Below are positions 8,204-15,999 of a DNA stretch of 33,834 bases, in pieces. The translations under genes and the position numbers were made by a program. The notes below the pieces were generated by a model. That model ran no database searches, had not been told where the DNA came from, and saw nothing but the letters and a program-made list of their open reading frames with translations. The stretch is from an uncultured bacterium (lineage in GTDB: Bacteria > Armatimonadota > HRBIN16), in assembly GCA_964535125.1 (NCBI GenBank), contig CAZHSN010000009.1:1-33834 (forward strand), given 5' to 3'. How positions within the stretch are numbered: the stretch's first letter is position 1; every line of letters starts with the position of its first letter.

Positions 8204-9760
8204 TCAGCCTCCTTCGGGCTCTTCACTGGGCAACGCCAGTTGCCGCACCCGGAACCGCCGGAACATGGCGTGACCTCTGTCAACATACAGCCCGATGTCG
8301 CCGCCGATGCCGGTATACCGGGTGAACGTGAGACGCAGGGAGTCGTCCATGTAGACTTCGACGTGTTCCTGCCGCAAAACTACGCGGAGCCGACGCCACC
8401 CATCAGCCGGTATAGCCGTGCAGCGCGCCTCCACAAACTCGAATCGGGGTGCGTCGGTGTACACCACCTCACCTCGCTGGGTATCAATGGCGACAACCGC
8501 ACCCTGCATGTGGTTTACTGCATGAACCAGGATGCCTGCGCTGGCGCAGCGATCCATCCGGATATCGCATTCGATAATCGCGTCAGTCACCGGGCAGTGC
8601 GCCAGCAGAACGCTCCACCCCGACTGTGACGTTCCATGGATGACGTGTTCGGTACAGGCGTCGGGTCCGTGGCCGCCGACGCGCCACGCACAAGAGCGCA
8701 ACGGCCAGATCTGTCCCCAGGGATGCGGATCATCGAGGCCCCACGACTCGGGGGTGAACCAGCCGTCGGAAGCGCACGCCTCCATTCGGCTGGAATACAT
8801 CAGTTGAAGTGTGCCGTCGCCTGAAGCGTGGACCCGTTTCGGTGCCGTGAGCGTGCCAAATGTCAGATGGCCGGTGTCGCTGCGCGGAGACCGTTCGCGG
8901 TCGGTGTACAGCATGTAGCGCTCTCCTTCAAACAGCACCGACCGGCAGCTTATCGGCGCTGTGTAACGCGCACCAATCAGCACGTTGTCGTCAGAAGGCA
9001 GTCGGTAGGGGCCCTCAGGCCGGTTGGCATACGCATACACAGTCCCATGCGTGATGTTTGGATCTGTGAACACGTCCCGGTTCCCGTAGATGTGGCCGGT
9101 CAGACATGTCATGTACCACAAGCCGTTGAGTTCAAATACATCCGGCACCTCCACACAGGCCATCGTGCCAGGTACAAACGCAGGCGGCAACTGATTCCAT
9201 TGCATTAGGTCTTCGGACCACGCACAGCCGATCGCTGACGTGTGCGGCAACTCTTCGCCAGGAACGCGCGTGGCGAAGAAACCCAACCAACGGTTTCTCT
9301 CCGTGTCGCGGACGACTAGCATGTCGCGACAGTCAAGCACTCCCGGTACCGGACTGGCGGAAGTGGCGTACCACCGCGGATCTGGAGACAGAATCGGGTT
9401 GCCTGCCGCGCGTGACCAGTGAACCAGATCCTGACTGTGCGCCAAACCGATGTGTTGTTCACGCAGTTGGGTCGCCGAACCGCGCATCGTATAGAACATC
9501 CACGCCCGGTGATCATGCCACACGGCGCAACCGGTCCATGGCTGCCCATCATCAATCGGGTTCACCGGGTCAGGACCGACAGTATCGGTGCATGTACGCC
9601 AGTGCACCAGGTCTGTAGAAACCGCATGGCCGATGTGTGCCTCATCACCGTCCGACAGGCCGTCTGATCGGCGCGCCTGGAGAAAGAACGCGTGGACCTT
9701 ACCGTCTTGCGGCATATACCAGGCGTCCCATACGTATCGGCCAGGTGGTGAATAGTTCAT
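8204..9760 (-). CDS. GH32-like glycoside hydrolase (clan GH-J five-bladed beta-propeller plus C-terminal beta-sandwich), apparently cytoplasmic.
   Basis: Motifs in GH32 order: N-terminal VWDAWYMP...HAFFLQ (cf. WMNDPNG...YHLFYQ), HIGHAVSTDLVHW (cf. WGHAxSxDLxHW), CRDMLVV (RDP block) and ACVEVPDVF (EC block). C-terminal ~200 aa is a beta-sandwich-like domain. Start re-placed to the ATG at 9760 (MNYSPPGRYVW) with AGGAGA 5 nt upstream. Stop is 1 nt before the sulfatase start. Confidence 0.55.
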   Translation of the reverse strand: MNYSPPGRYVWDAWYMPQDGKVHAFFLQARRSDGLSDGDEAHIGHAVSTDLVHWRTCTDTVGPDPVNPIDDGQPWTGCAVWHDHRAWMFYTMRGSATQLREQHIGLAHSQDLVHWSRAAGNPILSPDPRWYATSASPVPGVLDCRDMLVVRDTERNRWLGFFATRVPGEELPHTSAIGCAWSEDLMQWNQLPPAFVPGTMACVEVPDVFELNGLWYMTCLTGHIYGNRDVFTDPNITHGTVYAYANRPEGPYRLPSDDNVLIGARYTAPISCRSVLFEGERYMLYTDRERSPRSDTGHLTFGTLTAPKRVHASGDGTLQLMYSSRMEACASDGWFTPESWGLDDPHPWGQIWPLRSCAWRVGGHGPDACTEHVIHGTSQSGWSVLLAHCPVTDAIIECDIRMDRCASAGILVHAVNHMQGAVVAIDTQRGEVVYTDAPRFEFVEARCTAIPADGWRRLRVVLRQEHVEVYMDDSLRLTFTRYTGIGGDIGLYVDRGHAMFRRFRVRQLALPSEEPEGG

Positions 9761-10057
9761 GGTGTCTCCTATCGCAGGCTGCGGGTCTGGAGTGCAGAGA
9801 TCACTCAACGGCCCGACGCGGTGATAGGTTCACGCCCGCAGTCAGCAATCCCTGCTTCACGCCTGCACAATGCCCAATGTCCGCAGTTCTTCTCACGGTG
9901 GTTGGAAGCTACCGATGCCGACGGGCGGGGACCGGCGACTGATATGAAGTGACGCACACATAGCTGTATGCGGATGTCGGATGTAACGGCTTGGTGGTCT
10001 ACAATGAGACAGAGGCTTGGCGCTAACAGCACGCATTGATGACATCAGGAGTCTGCC
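9761..10057. promoter_or_regulatory. 297-bp divergent intergenic region between the GH32-like gene (-) and the secreted 672-aa gene (+). Contains both SD sites and presumably divergent promoters.
   Basis: There is no convincing ORF. AGGAG lies 6 nt before the ATG at 10058 and AGGAGA before the ATG at 9760. A tandem CGGATGT-CGGATGT repeat sits at about 9968-9981. Confidence 0.4.
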
Positions 10058-12076
10058 ATGGAGATCACGCATCTATTGCCCGTCGTACCGCTGGTCCTGC
10101 TGAGCGGGATTGCCGCTGCTTCGGTGGCCGCGCCCGAGTGGCGGGTGTCCCGATCTGACTTTGCACGGGGTGTCGCGAGTCCGAACATACGTGAGAAGGC
10201 TCCGTTGCTGCAGGAGATGGGCGGTGTCCTGTACCTGCGGGTCGACAACCGTTCCGGCACATCACTACGGATTACAGACCTGTTCATTGGCGACGCACCG
10301 ATTGATATGCTGCTGCGTGAGCGGAAGGCCTGGTGGTGGAGACAGCGGCCGGAAACAATCCCTCCTGATGGCATGGGGGTCGTGGAGGTGTGTGTGACAT
10401 CGCATGTGTTGCCGGCGGATGGTGGTCCGATACGCGTGTCACTGGTCGACGCCAACGGCAGCCGGCAGGAATATCGGCATCCGATGCACACGGAACGGGG
10501 ACTTGCGATCAGCTATGCGTACCGTGAAGCGGATCGGCTTGTTGTGTATGTCCGTAACGACCACCCATGGATGACCTATCGCCCGGAAACACTCGCCGTG
10601 AATGGGCAGAGTTTGGATGCGGTATTTGTTCCTGACGTACTGCATCCAGGGGCGGTCTCCAGGACAGAGGTGCGTCCCTTTTCGGCGGTCCCTGTGCGTG
10701 AACTGGCCCTGTGGGAACTGACCGCACGCGATATGACCGACAAACCCGTACTGACCATGAGGTCCCGCACGCTGGTGGATCCCCGCTTTCCGATTGGCGT
10801 CTGGCAAAGCAGCGACAGCTGGACCGATGAACCGCATCGACGGGAACTGCAGCAGGCAGGGATTGATTGCTTGTTCACCAGTGTGATGGGTCTGGCGACA
10901 GATCCTCAATACAGCCGCGATGTGCTGAGGCGGTATCGCATGACGCCGATCAGCATACCGGAGCCTTGGCAAGGCGATGAACTGAATGTCACGTTCCATG
11001 AAACCGTACAGGCCTATTTTGACAATTACCGGAATGATCCACCGGTTATCGGTTGGGACGCCTGTGAGGAACCGGACTGGGAGAAACCGGACTACACCTA
11101 TCCCGCCACCGCACAGGTGGCGGCGCGGGTGACCGCCATCCGCCGGGCAGCGGGCTACCACCCCATCACGGGCACCTTGTGCCGGTCGCGCTTGTTCTAC
11201 GCGTTTGCCCCGATATTGGATGTCCCGATCATGGATGCCTACCGCGTCGGAGCGCCGTCCGCAGACACACCGCCTTTCTACTGGGGTAACTTCCTGGAGT
11301 CCGTCGTCGACTACACACGCGACCTGAAGCGGAACGGCGAACCCTCGCCCAGTTGGGTGTGGGCGCAGGGGGTGCATGACTGGTGGGAACGCGCATGGGC
11401 CAATGGTAAACCGGGGCGTCCCTCCCCTTCGCCCGAAGAGACACGGGCACAACTCTACATGCAATTGGGTGAAGGAGCCAAAGGCGTGCTTTGGTTCCGC
11501 TACATCAAACCCGAGGTAATGGAACAGGCCTACCTGCGGAATCTGGAAAAGAACCAGCGGATGCTGCAGCGCATGGGGTTGAACCTTACCGCCGATGATG
11601 TACGCGCCATATTCCCGCAGTGGCGCGCCTGGTGGGCCGAGACATGGCAGGCGATGCAGGACATGAACACCGAGATGCGGATCCTCCGCCCCGTGATCTC
11701 GCGGGCGGAGCAAGTCCGCTCTCCCCGAGTGCTCACCGCCCCGAAACCCCATCGGCTGTATACCGGCAGTGTCGCCAGCGACCGGGCGCTGATCGCCTAC
11801 ATCGTTAACTTGGACTACGAGTTTGACCCGACCGGTTATGTGTTCACGCCGCAGCGAAACGTCAGGCTGGCGATTGAACTGCCTGTCTGGGCGGATGGGT
11901 GGACCTCCGCGTGGTTGCTGCAAGGCGGCACATGGACGCCCCTGGCGATGCAGACCCTGAATGCGACGACACGCCAGGTTACCCTGAGATCACTCAAGGA
12001 TGGAGCCATTGTGGTGGTGGGACCTGCCGGTCTGCCGGCCGTTATGCCCCCATCGGAACGGTCTATTGAACCGTGA
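10058..12076 (+). CDS. Secreted hypothetical protein (672 aa). N-terminal beta-rich region plus a possible glycoside-hydrolase-like (TIM-barrel) C-terminal domain.
   Basis: Signal peptide MEITHLLPVVPLVLLSGIAAASVAA. Aromatic-rich segments (IGWDACEEPDW, VWAQGVHDWWERAWANG, GVLWFRY) resemble GH-like catalytic barrels, but no family signature was recognised. Strong SD. The long antisense ORF 10439-11923 is treated as a shadow. Confidence 0.6.
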   Translation: MEITHLLPVVPLVLLSGIAAASVAAPEWRVSRSDFARGVASPNIREKAPLLQEMGGVLYLRVDNRSGTSLRITDLFIGDAPIDMLLRERKAWWWRQRPETIPPDGMGVVEVCVTSHVLPADGGPIRVSLVDANGSRQEYRHPMHTERGLAISYAYREADRLVVYVRNDHPWMTYRPETLAVNGQSLDAVFVPDVLHPGAVSRTEVRPFSAVPVRELALWELTARDMTDKPVLTMRSRTLVDPRFPIGVWQSSDSWTDEPHRRELQQAGIDCLFTSVMGLATDPQYSRDVLRRYRMTPISIPEPWQGDELNVTFHETVQAYFDNYRNDPPVIGWDACEEPDWEKPDYTYPATAQVAARVTAIRRAAGYHPITGTLCRSRLFYAFAPILDVPIMDAYRVGAPSADTPPFYWGNFLESVVDYTRDLKRNGEPSPSWVWAQGVHDWWERAWANGKPGRPSPSPEETRAQLYMQLGEGAKGVLWFRYIKPEVMEQAYLRNLEKNQRMLQRMGLNLTADDVRAIFPQWRAWWAETWQAMQDMNTEMRILRPVISRAEQVRSPRVLTAPKPHRLYTGSVASDRALIAYIVNLDYEFDPTGYVFTPQRNVRLAIELPVWADGWTSAWLLQGGTWTPLAMQTLNATTRQVTLRSLKDGAIVVVGPAGLPAVMPPSERSIEP

Positions 12077-12117
12077 GCGCCATGCGTGTCCCCCGCCCCC
12101 GGTTTTGGGAACACGCA

Positions 12118-13077
12118 CTAGGGTGTTCGGGATTTGCACGCCAGCCGGGTGACATACAGGATGAACGGACCTTTCGCACGTGTGTACGCTTCGCGGTCCG
12201 TTGGACTCAGTCGCGCCAGTCTGTGCTTCAACGACTCATACCGACGGGCGACGGCCGGATGGGTGCGCAGGTACCGGCAGAACTGACGGCGCTCGTGCAG
12301 CGGATGGTTTGCCGGAGCGAGATGGATATGCACTTTGACCGCAGCGTTGTCCTGGTATCCTTTCCAAAACGCCATGTGCCCGTGCTCCGGGTGCTGCTGC
12401 CACTGGTAGAGATAGCCCAAACACTGCAGCACGGGCATCACGGCCCGGTCGCCGACTTCAAATGACTCAATAGCGCCGACCAAGTCAATCACCGGTTTGG
12501 CAGACAACCCCGGAACCGACGTGCTGCCGATGTGCTCCCAGTCTGCCACGAGGTCACCAAGCGCCGCGACCAGTTCTGCTCGCTCGGCGTGGAACCGAAC
12601 GGCCCAATGCGGATCATACGGTGTCAGCTCAATCGGGAAACGTTGCCCCAGTTCCACTGTTTGGCTCATCGCCATGAAATAGGCGGTGCGCAGCATCCGG
12701 GACTCACACCGCTGGTCAGGCAGTGACTGAAGGAACTGACGATGGTGCAGACGCGCCAGTGGATTGCGGCGCATGTGGTCAACCAGCGCCAGCGACTGGC
12801 TGGTAAACGAACTGTGGGGGGTGCTCATCCAGATATGGACGGGATAACGACACAGCGCAGAGACGCAACAGACGGTGTCATCGGTAACCGGCGTCTGCTC
12901 GCTCAATGCCAAGGCGGAAACCACGTCCGGCCAGCGCGATCGCTCTGCGGTGATCAGCACGTCGTACGGTGTGGTGCGTCGCAGTCCCATGGCACGGCTG
13001 CCAATGAGAGTGCAGTGCACGTCCGGGATGCGGGCCTTCTGCAGACGACGGTTGAGTGCGGATAACACGGCATGCAT
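12118..13077 (-). CDS. GrpB-family protein (UPF0157 nucleotidyltransferase-fold domain) with a ~140-aa N-terminal extension.
   Basis: The C-terminal 180 aa match GrpB closely: YDPHWAVRFHAERAELVAALGDLVADWEHIGSTSVPGLSAKPVIDLV...VHIHLAP...FCRYLRTHPAVARRYESLK. Start re-placed to the ATG at 13077 (MHAVLSAL...), preceded by GGAAGGAAG. The ORF-track GTG at 13107 lacks an SD. Confidence 0.7.
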   Translation of the reverse strand: MHAVLSALNRRLQKARIPDVHCTLIGSRAMGLRRTTPYDVLITAERSRWPDVVSALALSEQTPVTDDTVCCVSALCRYPVHIWMSTPHSSFTSQSLALVDHMRRNPLARLHHRQFLQSLPDQRCESRMLRTAYFMAMSQTVELGQRFPIELTPYDPHWAVRFHAERAELVAALGDLVADWEHIGSTSVPGLSAKPVIDLVGAIESFEVGDRAVMPVLQCLGYLYQWQQHPEHGHMAFWKGYQDNAAVKVHIHLAPANHPLHERRQFCRYLRTHPAVARRYESLKHRLARLSPTDREAYTRAKGPFILYVTRLACKSRTP

Positions 13078-13518
13078 GGGTGCTTCCTTCCCTGTGACGC
13101 GCAACACGGCATGTTTCTATATGCCCGTCGCGAACACACCAGTAGATATATCATGCCCAGGCGTCTGCATGGTATGATGTATGCCAAGATGCGTGCTGAC
13201 CGGCGACACCGGGACAACGGCTGTCTTGTTTCTGTGTCTCGCGTTACGGATTCCCAAGCACGTGTCGTGCGCAGCGGCGCAGGCTGTACGCCTGTCTGGG
13301 TGCAACTCCCAGTCCCACACACCATGCGGGCGCTGCGTGTGTGGCGGATATGACCCGTCGGATGACGGCACGGTGCAGACCGCCCTGCAGCCACCGGATA
13401 CCGCGGTTCAGATCGGCTTCGGTCGATCACGAACCGCTCAAGGATGGCTCCGCGGTGTGCTCCCGGTTGTGTCTGTGATACGCGTGGCGCCTTGCAGGTG
13501 TCTCTCCCAGGAGGAGAC
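13078..13518. promoter_or_regulatory. 440-bp divergent intergenic region between grpB-like (-) and the SPFH operon (+). Contains an extended -10-like TGGTATGAT and likely promoters or leader RNA.
   Basis: ORFs in the region (13181-13696 +, 13117-13371 -) lack SD motifs and have poor codon periodicity. TGGTATGAT sits at about 13159-13167. GGAGGAG lies 4 nt before the ATG at 13519. Confidence 0.35.
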
Positions 13519-14706
13519 ATGTACTACCGTCGTCACTATGTCGCCAGCCATGAGTATGGGCTGGTCTTTCGCGAACGGGATCTGGTACGCGTGTTGCCGC
13601 CTGGTCGCCACACCGTGTCATATGCCACTGGACGCACACGCGTCTGGGTTGTGTCTTGCCGTGATCCGTGGGTCAGGCATCCGGACATTGATGTGATCGT
13701 TCGATCCGGCCTGCTGAGCGATCTGGTTACCGTGTACCGCATCGCCGATTCGGAACGGGCGCTGGTCTGGGTGGACGGCCTGTTTGACGGCGTGTTAACC
13801 CCCGGGGTGCACGCCTGTTGGAATGCTCCCCGCCACGTCGAGGTCGAGCGGCACACCATAACCGATCCCTATGTGCGCAGCGATCATGGTCTGGATGCGG
13901 TCTTGGTGGATATGCAGGAACTGAACGATCCAGTACATCCTGCCATGGAATGGGTGCGCACGCCGGACGCTGAGGAAAATGCCCTTGGTACGTCGCCGGC
14001 AGCAAGGAGCCTGGTGTGCTGCGTCATACCTGTGCGTCACGCGGGGCTGCTATACCGCAACGGGGTCTACGTAACCGCGCTTACACCGGGGCGGCACGTC
14101 TTTTGGAAACAGCCGGACATGCTGAAGTGCGTCTGCGTCAGTCTTCAGCAGGCACATATTGATCTGCAAGGACAGGAACTTCTGTCAGCAGACCGCGTTC
14201 CTCTGCGGATGAACACCCTGGTCGTCTACGAGGTGGTTAATCCGCGTCAGTGGGTAGAACAGACACAAGATCCGCGTGATATTCTGTACCGGTTGGCTCA
14301 GTTGGCGCTACGTGAATGTGTGGGAAAGCGTACGCTGGATGACCTGCTGACGGACCGCAACGGCTTTACTGCATGCTTGATGGATTCATTAGCGCAGCCT
14401 GCCGAAGGCATGGGCGTGCGCATCTGCCAGATTGGACTCCGCGATATTATTCTTCCGGGTGAAATTCGCGAGGCGATGCAGCGCGTGTTGGAGGCGAAAC
14501 AGGCCGCCGAGGCGAATCTGATCACACGCCGTGAAGAGATTGCCGCGCTGCGCGCTCAGGCCAACGCCGCGCAGATGCTGGCCGGCAACCCGGTGTTGAT
14601 GCGGTTGCGCCAACTGGAGATGCTGGAGCGAATTGCACAGCATGGTCAGCTGCGCATCACGCTGTCCGATCAAACGATCACGGATGCGCTAGAACCATCC
14701 CAATAG
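13519..14706 (+). CDS. SPFH/band-7 (stomatin/prohibitin/HflK-C-like) domain protein.
   Basis: The C-terminal half has the SPFH core and coiled-coil tail: LRDIILPGEIREAMQRVLEAKQAAEANLITRREEIAALRAQANAAQMLAGNPVLMRLRQLEMLERIAQHGQLRITL. Start re-placed to the ATG at 13519 (MYYRRHY) after GGAGGAG. There is no obvious N-terminal TM. Confidence 0.8.
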   Translation: MYYRRHYVASHEYGLVFRERDLVRVLPPGRHTVSYATGRTRVWVVSCRDPWVRHPDIDVIVRSGLLSDLVTVYRIADSERALVWVDGLFDGVLTPGVHACWNAPRHVEVERHTITDPYVRSDHGLDAVLVDMQELNDPVHPAMEWVRTPDAEENALGTSPAARSLVCCVIPVRHAGLLYRNGVYVTALTPGRHVFWKQPDMLKCVCVSLQQAHIDLQGQELLSADRVPLRMNTLVVYEVVNPRQWVEQTQDPRDILYRLAQLALRECVGKRTLDDLLTDRNGFTACLMDSLAQPAEGMGVRICQIGLRDIILPGEIREAMQRVLEAKQAAEANLITRREEIAALRAQANAAQMLAGNPVLMRLRQLEMLERIAQHGQLRITLSDQTITDALEPSQ

Positions 14707-14727
14707 ATCCGGCCTGCTGAGGTAGAC

Positions 14728-15981
14728 ATGAATCTGACGCAATCAGAACGCATGACACTGGATACATTGGCGGCCCGGGTGGCTGAGATAGCCGCTCTAC
14801 CGGAACAACAGACGCGCATCAACCGCTGGAAGGCGCTCAATGCGTTGAAACCGGTCCGCCCTATGGTCGCTATTGATCAGATCTGTTGGCACGAACTGAT
14901 GGATGATCCGCTGCTGCAGCCTGTCTGCACCGATCCGTTTGCCCGCGGCGTGGAGTGGATGCTGCGCGAGACGCTGTACCGTTGGGAGCACCTGCGCGCC
15001 GATATGGTAGTACGCCCGGAACTGTGTATCGGACGTGCGGTACACGGCATGTCGTTTGGACTTTCACCGATAGAGCAGACGGCGGTAACCGATCCGGCAA
15101 ATGGAGTCGTCGGTCATTACTATCTTGATCAGCTGTCTACCGAATCCGATCTGGCCAAGTTGCAAGAACCCTGTGTTCATGAAGACGTCGAGGCCTCTCA
15201 GCGTGCGTATGAGATGGCTCAGCAATGCGTTGGCCGTCATCTGAACGTGCGCATACAGGGGGTCCAGACGATGTTTGCCCCATGGGACCGGATCCCGGAA
15301 CTACACAGCGTGGAGCAGACTATCTTGGATCTGATAGACCGGCCGGAGTTCGCGCACGCGTTGATCCAGCGTATGCTGCACCTGAACCTGATCATGCTGG
15401 ACCAGTTGGAGAGCCAGGGGCTGTTAGGGTCGGATTTCAGCGTCATACACTGTTCGGGCGCGTTTACCGATGAACTGCCGCAGGATGGTTTCGACCCAAT
15501 CTGTCCGCGCGCCATCGACAACTGGACATGCGGCATGGCGCAGATATTCTCCACCGTGTCGCCAGCGATGCATGACGAGTTCGAAATCCAATACGCATTG
15601 CAGTGGTACCGCCGGTTCGGCCTGACCTATTACGGATGCTGCGAACCTCTCGACCGGAAGATCGACATCATCCGGCAGATCCCTAACGTGCGGAAGGTCT
15701 CCATCAGTCCCTGGGCCGATGTGCAGCGCTCCGCGCAGTCGCTGGGCGTTACCCTGGTGATGTCGCGAAAACCCAACCCTGCTCTGCTTGCCGGACCGGT
15801 ATGGCATCCGGAACTGGTAGAACGCGAACTCCGCGAAACACTGGATGCGTGTGCAGAGTCAGGTACTCCACTGGAGTTTATCCTAAAGGACATCAGCACC
15901 CTATGTTACGAGCCACGCCGTCTATGGGAGTGGCATGACCTGGCAATGCGGTTGGTGGAGGACGCCGCCGAAACCCTATAA
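14728..15981 (+). CDS. URO-D (uroporphyrinogen decarboxylase / MtaA-CmuA methyltransferase)-like family protein, function unknown.
   Basis: The overall pattern (N-terminal ...RWKALNALKPVRPMVAIDQI..., C-terminal ...YYGCCEPLDRKIDII...VSISPW...) parallels the clearer URO-D family protein at 22173-23237. This is a by-eye assignment. It starts 21 nt after the SPFH gene stop. Confidence 0.45.
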   Translation: MNLTQSERMTLDTLAARVAEIAALPEQQTRINRWKALNALKPVRPMVAIDQICWHELMDDPLLQPVCTDPFARGVEWMLRETLYRWEHLRADMVVRPELCIGRAVHGMSFGLSPIEQTAVTDPANGVVGHYYLDQLSTESDLAKLQEPCVHEDVEASQRAYEMAQQCVGRHLNVRIQGVQTMFAPWDRIPELHSVEQTILDLIDRPEFAHALIQRMLHLNLIMLDQLESQGLLGSDFSVIHCSGAFTDELPQDGFDPICPRAIDNWTCGMAQIFSTVSPAMHDEFEIQYALQWYRRFGLTYYGCCEPLDRKIDIIRQIPNVRKVSISPWADVQRSAQSLGVTLVMSRKPNPALLAGPVWHPELVERELRETLDACAESGTPLEFILKDISTLCYEPRRLWEWHDLAMRLVEDAAETL

Positions 15982-15999
15982 CCTGCAGGAGTTGGCAAA

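Noticed and set aside
8203-8286. 28-aa N-terminal extension of the sulfatase ORF (MLTEVTPCSGGSGCGNWRCPVKSPKEAE)
   Set aside because: It has no SD and no hydrophobic signal sequence, and it overlaps the end of the upstream GH gene. A GGAGG SD precedes the internal ATG at 8202, which starts the conserved MKPNVLLILADD block.
10439-11923. 494-aa minus-strand ORF fully antisense to the 672-aa secreted protein gene
   Set aside because: Arg/Gly/Pro-rich shadow ORF typical of high-GC DNA. No SD and no recognisable domain. The sense-strand gene has a signal peptide, an SD and coherent composition.
13117-13696. ORFs 13181-13696 (+, 171 aa) and 13117-13371 (-, 84 aa) in the long intergenic region
   Set aside because: They have no SD motifs, Cys/Arg-rich composition, and overlap the well-supported SPFH start. 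They are more likely non-coding regulatory DNA.
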